51,156 nucleotides of DNA from a virus (lineage: Duplodnaviria; Caudoviricetes): IMG/VR virus record IMGVR_UViG_3300032303_000302, positions 1 to 51,156 of that record; one strand, written 5' to 3'. Made by a program: the position numbers and the translations under genes. The notes under the pieces are model-generated. The model did not search any database and had not been told where the DNA came from. It worked only from the letters and a program-made list of their open reading frames with translations. Of this stretch, positions 41,575 to 51,156 are shown piece after piece. Numbering within the stretch: position 1 is the stretch's first letter; each line of letters starts with the position of its first letter.

Positions 41575-43044
41575 ATGGCAGACGATATAATCCAAATCAA
41601 TCACATCTTGTCTGATAGTATTCTAAACGCACCACCTATTGAGGTAAATACACAAGTAGACCTGGCAAAACTTATGATGCCTCCTGTTGTTAGTGATGCA
41701 GGTTGCCGTGCTAAGTTAGAAAAAAGAATCGATAAGGAGTCTGAACTAGATTCCATTGTTGCTTTTGTTAAAAGTGCTACTGAAAAAATTAGTAACGCTA
41801 CAGAGTGTTCTGAATTACAGCGTGAAGCTAAGAAAGCTCTAAGTAAAATAGGTATTGAAATAGACAATATTAAAGATTCTATTCAGCATCAGTTAGATAG
41901 TATTTTACCTCTTGCTAGCGTTCCTCTTAATCCGTTTAAACTACCTAAGTACATTAAGAAAGCAACCGTAGGGCGTATTCTACCGGATCTTCAAGCTGCG
42001 CTCAGAGAAATTAAAAAAGTTTTACAGCTGATAAATGCACTTAATGATTTAATTAAAGTAGTAAAGCAGATCGAACCTAAATTAAAAGCATGTGCTATTA
42101 GTACTCGAAATCTGGTAAAGAACTTTGCTTTAGATGAACTCGATAAAGTATACGACCGAGCTATTACAAAGATTGCACAAGAAATATCCGATGCTATCTG
42201 TGATGGACTTGAAGAAGTTGGATTGAATGTTGTTGACGTTATTAATGCTGTAAAAACAATAGAAGATACTATAGGAGATTTCAAAAATATTAAAACTTCA
42301 GCTGAGAGTTTCCTTACATCTGCAGGTAATCTAGTAGGGGGTCATCAGGCAGCATTACAAGATCTAACAGGTATTCCACCAGCTATTAATACGTCTTCTA
42401 CTGCTGCTTTCTTAGAGAGTGTTAGTAGTAATACGGCTACGCAATATTTCCAGGATATCTCAGCAGTATTCAAACAACCTCCACCAGACCTCGTTACAAT
42501 TCCTACTATTACAGGGAATCCGATTGTAGGTTCTGTACTGTTATGCTCTAATGGAACCTGGTCCTCTAATGGAGTTACTAACAACGCGGCTTTCCAATAC
42601 GAAGCACAGTGGTATAGAGGAGGACTTGAAATTAAAGGTGCGAATACTTTCTCATACACCCCCGTTATCGAAGATTTAGAGCAGACACTGCATTGTGTTA
42701 TTATTGCAGGCAATCACTTAAATGCAGAAATAGCTCAGTCAGCGGATACTGCGCCTGTAACATATGGTGTACCTGAAGCTAATAAGCCTGTTATTACTGG
42801 CACTGCGGCTAATAATCAGCTACTCACTTGTTCGACAGGTACATGGACAGGGGTAACACCTATGTTGTACTATTACGAATGGTACCGCAGCGATTCAACT
42901 ATTGTTCAGACTAATTCTTCCAATAACACATACAAATGTGTATCCGCTGATATTGGAGGCACAATTAAATGTAAGGTAACTGTAAGCACTTCTAAATACG
43001 TATTAGCAGCAAACTCTAACGCAACCGCAACTGTAACAATCTAA
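41575..43044 (+). CDS. Baseplate-associated protein: N-terminal coiled coil, two C-terminal Ig-like repeats
   Basis: Repeats PTITG...G..L.CS.GTW...Y.WYR...TY....D....I.C. Confidence 0.65.
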   Translation: MADDIIQINHILSDSILNAPPIEVNTQVDLAKLMMPPVVSDAGCRAKLEKRIDKESELDSIVAFVKSATEKISNATECSELQREAKKALSKIGIEIDNIKDSIQHQLDSILPLASVPLNPFKLPKYIKKATVGRILPDLQAALREIKKVLQLINALNDLIKVVKQIEPKLKACAISTRNLVKNFALDELDKVYDRAITKIAQEISDAICDGLEEVGLNVVDVINAVKTIEDTIGDFKNIKTSAESFLTSAGNLVGGHQAALQDLTGIPPAINTSSTAAFLESVSSNTATQYFQDISAVFKQPPPDLVTIPTITGNPIVGSVLLCSNGTWSSNGVTNNAAFQYEAQWYRGGLEIKGANTFSYTPVIEDLEQTLHCVIIAGNHLNAEIAQSADTAPVTYGVPEANKPVITGTAANNQLLTCSTGTWTGVTPMLYYYEWYRSDSTIVQTNSSNNTYKCVSADIGGTIKCKVTVSTSKYVLAANSNATATVTI

Positions 43045-43055
43045 AGAGAAAACAA

Positions 43056-43481
43056 ATGTCAGTTTCAAGAGCAGATAGATTTACACAGCAAGATAGAAAG
43101 ACACAAATCTATAGTGACTTTTTATCTAATCTTAATCCACACCCTGTTGCGAAAGACATCGTAAAATACGTTAACGAGCAAGCAGTTGCTAAATCCATTC
43201 GCAACCTAATGCTAACTAATCGTCGGGAAAGATTTTTTCAGCCAGATCTAGGTTCTAATATTAGGAGTCTACTGTTCGAGCCAATGGGCTCAGACACAGC
43301 GCAACTTATTATATCCTTCATTCGTCAGACCCTAGAAAATTATGAGCCGAGAGCTAAAATATTAAATATACAGGCAGTACCAGATTACGACAACAATTTG
43401 TATCAGGTCAAGGTCGTTTTTATGGTTATAAATAAACAAGAACCCGTAACTGTCGATGTTACCTTAGATAGAGTAAGATAA
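43056..43481 (+). CDS. gp25: Baseplate wedge protein gp25
   Basis: YSD, AV..SIRNL..T...ERFF.P.LGS....LFE, YEPR. Confidence 0.92.
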   Translation: MSVSRADRFTQQDRKTQIYSDFLSNLNPHPVAKDIVKYVNEQAVAKSIRNLMLTNRRERFFQPDLGSNIRSLLFEPMGSDTAQLIISFIRQTLENYEPRAKILNIQAVPDYDNNLYQVKVVFMVINKQEPVTVDVTLDRVR

Positions 43482-45253
43482 TGGCTGCAAATTCAAGTAT
43501 CATCCTTACTAACCTGGACTTTGATACCTTAAAAAATACATTCAAAGCATATCTTAAATCTCAAGACAGATTTAACGATTATGACTTTGAAGGATCTAAT
43601 ATGAATGTATTACTTGACATTCTGTCATATAATACGTATCATAACGCCTTCTATCTAAATATGATAGGCAACGAGATGTTCTTGGACTCTGCACAGTTAA
43701 GAGACTCTGTTGTATCACATGCTAAAGAATTAAACTATACACCTCGTTCATTTACATCTGCTGTTGCTAATGTAAACCTTACTATCGTTTCTTCAAATCC
43801 TCTGAAGAGATCTATTGTTATCCCTAAAGGCACTACCTTTACATCTAACTTCGCATCTACAACATATACTTTTTCTACTGCTGAAACCGTTGTTGTATCA
43901 GATTTTACATTAAATTCTGCAGGTACACAGGTTACCTTTATAGGAAATAACGTTAGTCTATACGAGGGTTATTTCTTAAGCGATACCTTTACATACAATA
44001 TTGCTTCGCCGCCAAGAATGACTATTTCTAATAGAAACGTAGATATTTCTAGTATCGCAGTTACAGTTATCGAAGATGTAGGTGCTACTTCACTTACATA
44101 TACACGAGCTACTTCTTTGTTCGATCTAACTAGCACTTCTCAAGTATTCTTTGTACAAGGTGGAGAAGGCAATAGTTACGAAATTATCTTTGGAGATGGC
44201 GTTACAGGCAGACGTCCAAAAGACAACTCTATTGTTAATATCGAATACCGGGTATCTAACGGTGAACTACCAAACGGTTGTAATACCTTTAAACCAGATT
44301 CACAGTTAGATGGGGAATCTAATGTCTCTGTTTATGTTAACACTGTAGCAGCTGGAGGCTCTATTTCTGAGAGCACGGAATCTATTAAGTATAATGCGCC
44401 TAGACATTTTACTACACAAGAGCGAGCTATTACTACTGAGGATTATGAAACACTACTCAAGTTAAACTTTCCAGAGATTAATGCAGTTACTGCTTATGGT
44501 GGCGAGAACCTAAATCCTCCTCAGTTTGGTAAGGTGTTTGTTGCTGTAGATCTAAACGAAGTAGACTATGTTCCAACAGTTAAAAGAGACGAGTATTATC
44601 GTTTCTTAAAACCACGCTCTCCTGTTTCTATTGATCCTGTCTTTGTAGACCCAGAGTATACTTATCTAGGTGTTACATCAACAATTCGTTATAACGTTAA
44701 TGTAACTAGACTTACCCTAGACGATGTTAAAACTATTACAACTTCGGCTATCACCAAATACGCACAAGACAATCTCAATAATTTTAACAGAATTCTCCGT
44801 TACTCTAAATTAATACACGCGATTGATAACTCTCAGCAGTCTATTATTTCTAACGAGACAGAAATTTCTGTTATTAAAAAACTTAACCCTGAGTTGGGCA
44901 AGTTCTTAACTTTTGACGTATCTTATAATATACCTTTAAATAGCTTAATAAGCTCATGTATTTCTTCGTCATTTATTATGTACAAAGGCATTAAGGCATA
45001 TATCGAAGATGATGCTAAAGGTAATTTAGTGGTTATTTCTGCTATCACAAATGCAGTTATAGATACTGTTGGTAAAGTTAATTATGATACTGGTCTATTG
45101 CAGTTCTCTAACTTTAAGATAGATAGTTATTTCAACAATAGTATTAAGTTCTCTGCTATACCTCGTTACAAAGACATTTCGACTATCAATAATGTCATAT
45201 TAAATATTGTAGAAGAAGATATTAAAATCACTGTAGAACCTGTTAGGTCATAA
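43481..45253 (+). CDS. gp6: Baseplate wedge protein gp6
   Basis: LDFD.LK, DYDFEGS....LLD.L.YNT, E.FLDSA.LR.SVVS.AK.L.Y.PRS, IFGDG..G, Q.RA.T..DY. Confidence 0.94.
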   Translation: MAANSSIILTNLDFDTLKNTFKAYLKSQDRFNDYDFEGSNMNVLLDILSYNTYHNAFYLNMIGNEMFLDSAQLRDSVVSHAKELNYTPRSFTSAVANVNLTIVSSNPLKRSIVIPKGTTFTSNFASTTYTFSTAETVVVSDFTLNSAGTQVTFIGNNVSLYEGYFLSDTFTYNIASPPRMTISNRNVDISSIAVTVIEDVGATSLTYTRATSLFDLTSTSQVFFVQGGEGNSYEIIFGDGVTGRRPKDNSIVNIEYRVSNGELPNGCNTFKPDSQLDGESNVSVYVNTVAAGGSISESTESIKYNAPRHFTTQERAITTEDYETLLKLNFPEINAVTAYGGENLNPPQFGKVFVAVDLNEVDYVPTVKRDEYYRFLKPRSPVSIDPVFVDPEYTYLGVTSTIRYNVNVTRLTLDDVKTITTSAITKYAQDNLNNFNRILRYSKLIHAIDNSQQSIISNETEISVIKKLNPELGKFLTFDVSYNIPLNSLISSCISSSFIMYKGIKAYIEDDAKGNLVVISAITNAVIDTVGKVNYDTGLLQFSNFKIDSYFNNSIKFSAIPRYKDISTINNVILNIVEEDIKITVEPVRS

Positions 45254-45256
45254 TAA

Positions 45257-48200
45257 ATGAGAAATATTGAACAGAAGATTTCTCCGTTAATTTCAAACAT
45301 GTTTCCATCTTTCTATCAGGAAGAGGGACAGAACTTTATCACCTTTATTGAAGCCTATTATGAATGGCTCGAGCAGAACTTTCAGTTAATAGATCTAATC
45401 GATAACACCGGTTTTAATGTAGGTCAGACTATTCAACAAGGCACTGTTACTGGACAGATTATTGCATTCGTTGATAAAAGTTTACTCGTTAATGTAACAG
45501 GCCTAGAAACATTCAAATGTTTTAATGTTTGCTCAGAATTTATACCTATCTCATCTACAGATAGTGCTGGAGTTACATATAGTACATATATTACAAAGGG
45601 TGGTACCACTAAGAGACTAGGACCTATATTCTTTTCTCGCAACTTGCCTAATATTAGAGATATTGATAAAACTATTGATTTGTTTGTTGTACAGTTTAAA
45701 GAAAAGTATCTTAAGAATATCGAGTTTGATATTCAGTCTAACCAACAACTGCTAGTTAAGAATTCGTTAGATCTTTATCGTTCTAAGGGTACAGAGAGAT
45801 CTATAGACCTATTCTTTAGATTGGTCTATGGTGTTAGTGCTCAAACACTATATCCCGGTGACGATTTGTTTCGCCTATCTGATGCTGAATGGTACAAGCC
45901 CCAATACATAGAGATCAATAGTAGTTCTGTAGATAGAGCTATCTCTCTTGTAGGTAAACAAATCTCTGGTGTTACCTCCGGTGCCACCGCGTTTGTTGAA
46001 CGATACGTTAAGAGATATATTAAAAATAGTATTTCTCATATTCTATATGTTTCTTCTGTCAAAGGCACATTTTCTGTTAATGAAATTTTAAAAAGTAGTG
46101 CTGGACTATTCGCTGACTCTCCTAGAGTTATAGGTTCTTTATCTGAAACTCGTATATTGAATAAATCAGAATACTTTAGTGTAGGCGATGTTGTTGATCT
46201 AACTTCTGTAACTGGATCTGGAGCACTCGGCAGAGTGTCTTCAGTAGAACCTGGTACTGGTAAGGTATATTTCTCCATAATTGATTCTGGCTATGGTTAT
46301 ACTGTTAATTCGATCGATTCCGATCAATACCACTCTCAAACAAAAACCTCAGATAAGTTTCTAACTCTTTCGAATATAAATGTTGGACCTTATGTGTCTA
46401 ATGTCGTTATTAATAACGGAGGAACAGGATATACCAACACAGATCTTATCCAGTTTACAAGTCTATATAATAAAGCTACAGCTAAAATCATAACAGACTC
46501 CGCAGGGACTATAAAGAAAACAGTAGTAACTAACAAAGGCAGTGGTTTCTTTCCTTCAGTTCGAAACGAAATAACTATCACGAATTCTACCGGAGGTCCC
46601 TCGAGTGGGACTACAGCCGCAGTTCTCCCCGTTCTTAAATATCCAGAAAACTACTTTCAATTATTAGAGCCTGTAGTACAAACTATTTACACAGTTCCTT
46701 ATCCAGGTACTTTAAATAGTAAATTTACTCTCGGTTCTCAGATCTATGTAAATGATGATATATTAAACTATAAAATCGTAGGTATAGATTCTGTAAACAA
46801 CACTATTAAAGTATTTGCTTATAGTAAAAATATACCGATTAATTACGGCGACAATATTAAACTAGTATCGGATCCAGCTCAGACTTTTAGAGTTAGCGGA
46901 CCTGCTACCGCCAACACAACTCTAGGAGAAGTCATTTATATTTCCAATTCGGGTATTATTAAACTAGGTATACCTGTAGGTAATATTACAGATTTTAGTG
47001 TAGGCGGATTCGTATATCAATTAGATGATACTAATAATATTGTTGGAAGCGGAATTATTTCTAATAATAGAGATCTTAAATTAGATGGCGGATATATTGA
47101 TATCACTAATATTAGTGGAATATTTTTTAAAAATAAAAACTTATATGTAAAAGATACAAGTACATATGCCGAGTTCCAAGATATTACTTTAGAAATTGCT
47201 GTAGCAAACACACAAGGTACATTCTTAGATACAAACCTACCAGGCTTATACTCTAATACTTCAGGTATTGTTGCAGATATTAATTTTGCATCTGTAGGTT
47301 CCGGAGCCGCTTTTAAGATTGGCGCGTTAACAGATACAGAAACAGTTAGCCTTAATGTAGATCAATTAGCTAATACATCTTTATTAAATAACTATATCAA
47401 TAGCGGAACTTATGGATTTACTAAAGATCCCTCTGCAGGATTAAATACGATTATTTTTAAAGCCTTAGAATTTAAAGATTTTAACATAGGCTCTATTAAT
47501 ACATTAACAGGCATTAATCCAGGTACTAACTATACTAAAGATCCGGTCACATATACATATCAACCCTATATCACTGGTTATCAGCGCAAAGACTATATCA
47601 TGTCTATTCAAGACGGGACTAGTTCATTTGTAGCAGGAGAGCTTGTCACTCAGCAAGTTGAAAAATCTTATTTAAAATTGACTGTTGCTAATACTTCGCC
47701 ATTCCAAAAGAATGAAAAACTTATCATATCTAACACAAGCAGCTATACAGCTAATGGTACATTGTTGTCTATAGATACCGCTAATAATACATTAACTGTT
47801 AGCAAGTTAACTAGAAGTATTACAACCCCTACTACTATACAGAGATATATCGCTACAGGTACAACTTCTATTCTAAGTAGTAATGCGTACACATCTAATA
47901 CAATTGCTAAAGGTATTATCAAAGGATTTTCGAATAGAGAAATTTATGTAAAGAGAATACAGTTTGAAAATGAGTTTGTAACCAATTCTCTTATATACGG
48001 CGAACAGACTGGATCTACTGCTAAATTAATAAATATTGCACCAGATGATACTACGCGACCTATCGGTCTCAACGCAAATATTTTAGCAGATGCTATAACC
48101 GCGGATGGTACAGTAACGGGTATTCAAGTTATCGATTCCGGCTTTGGTTACAGAACTGATCAAGAATTAACATATGTGTCCTCTGATGGTTTGCGTTCTG

Positions 48201-48577
48201 GTACTGCAACTGCAATAGACGCAGGGGTAGGTGTTGGAACTGGTTATTATAGAACGTCTAAAGGTTTTGTGAGTGATGTATCTAAAGTACATGACGGCGA
48301 CTATTATCAAGAGTACTCATATGATATTACCTCTAGAATACCTTTAGATAAGTATTCTGAAATGTTTAAGAAAGTTATGCACACCGCAGGCACTAGATTC
48401 TTTGGCAATGTATTAATAGACACGGTTGCTAAACTAGTACCGGATGCTGTTGATGGTTATATTAGCTTAGCTAATACTGAAGTAGAAATTGCTAACTCTT
48501 CAGCATTCGTTATTCAGGATCGTTATGTTGTTGATATCGCTGATCGTAAGAAGGTTAATATAGAAATCCGTGATTAA
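45257..48577 (+). CDS. gp7: Baseplate wedge initiator gp7-like
   Basis: FI.AYYEW, LYRSKGT..SI..FFR, D..YYQEYSY, H.AG..FFG; between gp6 and gp8. Confidence 0.8.
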   Translation: MRNIEQKISPLISNMFPSFYQEEGQNFITFIEAYYEWLEQNFQLIDLIDNTGFNVGQTIQQGTVTGQIIAFVDKSLLVNVTGLETFKCFNVCSEFIPISSTDSAGVTYSTYITKGGTTKRLGPIFFSRNLPNIRDIDKTIDLFVVQFKEKYLKNIEFDIQSNQQLLVKNSLDLYRSKGTERSIDLFFRLVYGVSAQTLYPGDDLFRLSDAEWYKPQYIEINSSSVDRAISLVGKQISGVTSGATAFVERYVKRYIKNSISHILYVSSVKGTFSVNEILKSSAGLFADSPRVIGSLSETRILNKSEYFSVGDVVDLTSVTGSGALGRVSSVEPGTGKVYFSIIDSGYGYTVNSIDSDQYHSQTKTSDKFLTLSNINVGPYVSNVVINNGGTGYTNTDLIQFTSLYNKATAKIITDSAGTIKKTVVTNKGSGFFPSVRNEITITNSTGGPSSGTTAAVLPVLKYPENYFQLLEPVVQTIYTVPYPGTLNSKFTLGSQIYVNDDILNYKIVGIDSVNNTIKVFAYSKNIPINYGDNIKLVSDPAQTFRVSGPATANTTLGEVIYISNSGIIKLGIPVGNITDFSVGGFVYQLDDTNNIVGSGIISNNRDLKLDGGYIDITNISGIFFKNKNLYVKDTSTYAEFQDITLEIAVANTQGTFLDTNLPGLYSNTSGIVADINFASVGSGAAFKIGALTDTETVSLNVDQLANTSLLNNYINSGTYGFTKDPSAGLNTIIFKALEFKDFNIGSINTLTGINPGTNYTKDPVTYTYQPYITGYQRKDYIMSIQDGTSSFVAGELVTQQVEKSYLKLTVANTSPFQKNEKLIISNTSSYTANGTLLSIDTANNTLTVSKLTRSITTPTTIQRYIATGTTSILSSNAYTSNTIAKGIIKGFSNREIYVKRIQFENEFVTNSLIYGEQTGSTAKLINIAPDDTTRPIGLNANILADAITADGTVTGIQVIDSGFGYRTDQELTYVSSDGLRSGTATAIDAGVGVGTGYYRTSKGFVSDVSKVHDGDYYQEYSYDITSRIPLDKYSEMFKKVMHTAGTRFFGNVLIDTVAKLVPDAVDGYISLANTEVEIANSSAFVIQDRYVVDIADRKKVNIEIRD

Positions 48578-48584
48578 TAATCAC

Positions 48585-48592
48585 TATAAATA
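48585..48592 (+). promoter_or_regulatory. T4-type late promoter
   Basis: Intergenic TATAAATA. Confidence 0.7.
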
Positions 48593-48618
48593 TATTAAAA
48601 TAGGAACACCCATAAGTT

Positions 48619-50673
48619 ATGAGCACATACTACACAGTTACTAATAAGCTAAAGGTAGAAACTGCTGAATCGTTCTTGCGTTCAGTGCAGAGTAATTCTT
48701 CTTACTATATTTTTGCAGCAAAGCACACTCCGTACTCTGGCGGCGATTTGAACGTTCCTAACCCTTTAGATAATGTTAAAACAGAATTGGATATCTATAA
48801 CGATATGCTTTTTGGAAAGCGTATTAAGCAAGATGATATCTACATGATGGCTAAACGTTATACCTGGTCGTCTGGTACAGTATATACTATGTATGATGAT
48901 AGTGTCGATTTAAGAGATGAGAAATTCTATGTCACTGTTAAAGTAGGCACTGATTATAACATCTATAAATGCTTATCTAATAATAATGGAGCGCCTTCGA
49001 CACAAGAGCCTTTCGGATATGATGTCACACCTACAGAATATCTACAAGATGGCTATGTGTGGAAATATATGTATTCGGTAACCGAATATTATATGCGCAG
49101 ATTCGGCACAGCTGCATTTATCCCTATTATTCCAAATCCAGTTGTTACTGCAGCAGCTATCCCTGGCACTATCGATGTTATTAAACTAGAAACACAGGGT
49201 TACGGTTATGATAATTATACCTCTGGAGCGTTTCCGCAATATAGTGATATCGCAATCAACAATAATGTTCTTCAATATGGTCTAGACTATAGTGCTTCTA
49301 GTAGAGGTGGTTTCTATAAAGATTGTATGTTGATGGTCACAGAGCCGCAGAGTCCTGCTTATGGCGAACATAAGATTATCACAGATTACTATATTAATAC
49401 TGATGGAAAAAAGGTCGTTGTCTTAGATTCGCCTTTCTTAAACACAGTAAGACCAGGTGATACATACGAAATTTATCCTAATGTTTTTGTCTACGATATA
49501 AGTGGAACAAGCACAGATACCTGCTATGCTAGAGCTATTATTTCTCCTGCTGCTGGTAATTCTATTTCTAGAATAGAAGTTATTAAGCCCGGAGTTGGCT
49601 ATACCAACGTTATCACTAAAATCAAAACAGATAGCACAGTTAATGTAACCATTCCAGCACAGGTAAGAGCAATCGCAGTTCCTGCTGGAGGGCATGGCTC
49701 TAATCTCACTAATGAAATTAACGGTCATTATGTAGGAATTTCTCAGAGCTTTACAGGCGATAATACACCACTAATCGCCAGTAATGATTTCCGTACAATC
49801 GGCATACTAAAAGATCCCAGATTTGCAAACGTAAATATTCGTATCGACACTACTACTATACAAGGTTCGTTTATTAAGGGTGAAGATATTCATCGTTATA
49901 AACCTGTTAGAGTTTTTGGCAATGTAGAAATACAACAAGATTCTACTGTTATAGGTACCAATACTAAATTTACAAGTTGGTTTAGATATAATGATCGAGT
50001 TATTATTAATAATGGTTCTTCGAATATTTTAAGTAATATTAGTGATATCTATAGCGACACATCAATGAAAATTGCAGATGTTCCTTCTTTTACAGCAGCT
50101 AATTGCGCTATATATCTAATCGAAAGTACTCGTTTTGGTACAATAAAAAAGATAAATCCGACCTCATTTGATCTAACGAATGTAGAGGCAATCGGTTTTG
50201 AGGCAAGCCAGTTACTATTAGGAACAACCTCTTTTAGTACAGTGAAAGTTTCCAATACCGTACCATATGTTACTGTGAGTGGCCGTGATGCTGAATCTTT
50301 CACATCGTTTAATCAGCTCTCTACTTTTGTAGGGCAAGCAACATCTCCTAATTTGTTTCAAGAAGATGAACTGATCCAGCAGGACATGGATACTACATAT
50401 GAAGATTCTGAGTTAATACCATCCGCTAGGTTCCACTCGATTACAACAAGCGTCAATGGTTTGGAAGATCGGGTATATGTAACTAATGTAAGCAATAAAT
50501 TTAATCTTGGTTCAATACGTGGCACTATAAGTGATGCCTACTTCACGCCACAGTATAAATATGATGGAGAACTTATTAAAGATAGCGGAGAGATTTTCTA
50601 TATTGAAAATCTATCGCCTATCACACGTAATACCGATCAAACAGAGACCATAAAAATCATATTGGAGTTTTGA
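48619..50673 (+). CDS. gp8: Baseplate wedge protein gp8 (enlarged)
   Basis: R..W.SGT.Y..Y, YKCL.NN....ST..P, DGY.WKYMY, P.GGHG, FR.IGI..DP, SG...Y.EN..PI.R...Q.E.IKIILEF. Confidence 0.88.
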   Translation: MSTYYTVTNKLKVETAESFLRSVQSNSSYYIFAAKHTPYSGGDLNVPNPLDNVKTELDIYNDMLFGKRIKQDDIYMMAKRYTWSSGTVYTMYDDSVDLRDEKFYVTVKVGTDYNIYKCLSNNNGAPSTQEPFGYDVTPTEYLQDGYVWKYMYSVTEYYMRRFGTAAFIPIIPNPVVTAAAIPGTIDVIKLETQGYGYDNYTSGAFPQYSDIAINNNVLQYGLDYSASSRGGFYKDCMLMVTEPQSPAYGEHKIITDYYINTDGKKVVVLDSPFLNTVRPGDTYEIYPNVFVYDISGTSTDTCYARAIISPAAGNSISRIEVIKPGVGYTNVITKIKTDSTVNVTIPAQVRAIAVPAGGHGSNLTNEINGHYVGISQSFTGDNTPLIASNDFRTIGILKDPRFANVNIRIDTTTIQGSFIKGEDIHRYKPVRVFGNVEIQQDSTVIGTNTKFTSWFRYNDRVIINNGSSNILSNISDIYSDTSMKIADVPSFTAANCAIYLIESTRFGTIKKINPTSFDLTNVEAIGFEASQLLLGTTSFSTVKVSNTVPYVTVSGRDAESFTSFNQLSTFVGQATSPNLFQEDELIQQDMDTTYEDSELIPSARFHSITTSVNGLEDRVYVTNVSNKFNLGSIRGTISDAYFTPQYKYDGELIKDSGEIFYIENLSPITRNTDQTETIKIILEF

Positions 50674-50678
50674 GTTAA

Positions 50679-51156
50679 ATGTCAATTCAGACAGATCTGA
50701 GCACTTCGCCATACTTTGACGACTATAACGAACAAAAAGATTTCTACAAGATTCTTTTTCGTCCAGGTGTTGCGGTTCAGGCACGGGAACTAAATCAGCT
50801 TCAGACTCTTCTTCAGAAGCAGATCGAGCGATTCGGAAATAATATCTTCAAGCAAGGTACTATTATTGACGGCTGTAGCATCGCTTATCATTCTGATATG
50901 AAATATGTTAAGATTCGTGATATTCAGACAGATTCTGTGCCTGTTAATGTAGAATCTTATAAGGGGTATAGAATAAAAAATAGCAATAATATCACGCCTT
51001 TAGAAGCGTCTATCATTGAAACTGCTATAGGTTTTGAATCTACTAGACCAGATCTTAATACTCTATTCGTAAGATATATAAACTCCGGCACTAAGACAGG
51101 CGGTCCTGCTGAAGGTCAGTCTACTTTTGAACCTAACGAAATCCTAACAGTCTATA
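50679..51156 (+). CDS. Large virion structural protein, DUF4815/VrlC-like (3' truncated)
   Basis: MSIQTDLSTSPYFDDY....FYKILFRPG.AVQARELNQLQ..LQ.QIERFG. Confidence 0.82.
   Translation, partial: MSIQTDLSTSPYFDDYNEQKDFYKILFRPGVAVQARELNQLQTLLQKQIERFGNNIFKQGTIIDGCSIAYHSDMKYVKIRDIQTDSVPVNVESYKGYRIKNSNNITPLEASIIETAIGFESTRPDLNTLFVRYINSGTKTGGPAEGQSTFEPNEILTVY

Overview
This is a segment of a large, AT-rich T4-like myophage genome. The host is very likely an alphaproteobacterium, based on a GapR homolog and a circularly permuted two-piece tmRNA with an ANDN...LAA tag. A G-1/C73 tRNA-His and the GapR N-terminus point tentatively to Sphingomonadales. From left to right the window holds: (1) nucleotide-sugar/heptose genes (galE, hddA, gmhA); (2) T4-like rnh, phoH, exonuclease, a secreted nuclease and mazG; (3) small early genes behind a repeated sigma70-type promoter cassette; (4) a ~13 kb RNA-rich island with 26 recognisable tRNAs, several tRNA-like or otherwise structured RNAs, a tmRNA, glycosyltransferases and small late genes; (5) the core gp33-gp59-gp32 block; (6) a minus-strand tail/hub block (GH73+M23 protein, tape-measure-like protein, gp51-like, gp26, gp54-like, gp2, gp4); (7) plus-strand baseplate genes gp48, gp53, hub, gp5, gp25, gp6, gp7, gp8 and the start of a DUF4815 protein. 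The most notable observations are two copies of a CCA-ended tRNA-like RNA with a rearranged D/anticodon region, a probable -1 frameshift fusing gp26 to a start-less gp51-like frame, a large structured insert in the tmRNA intervening segment, several orphan structured RNAs in the tRNA operon, and capsid-targeted enzymes. All family assignments come from motif recognition by eye; no database searches were run.
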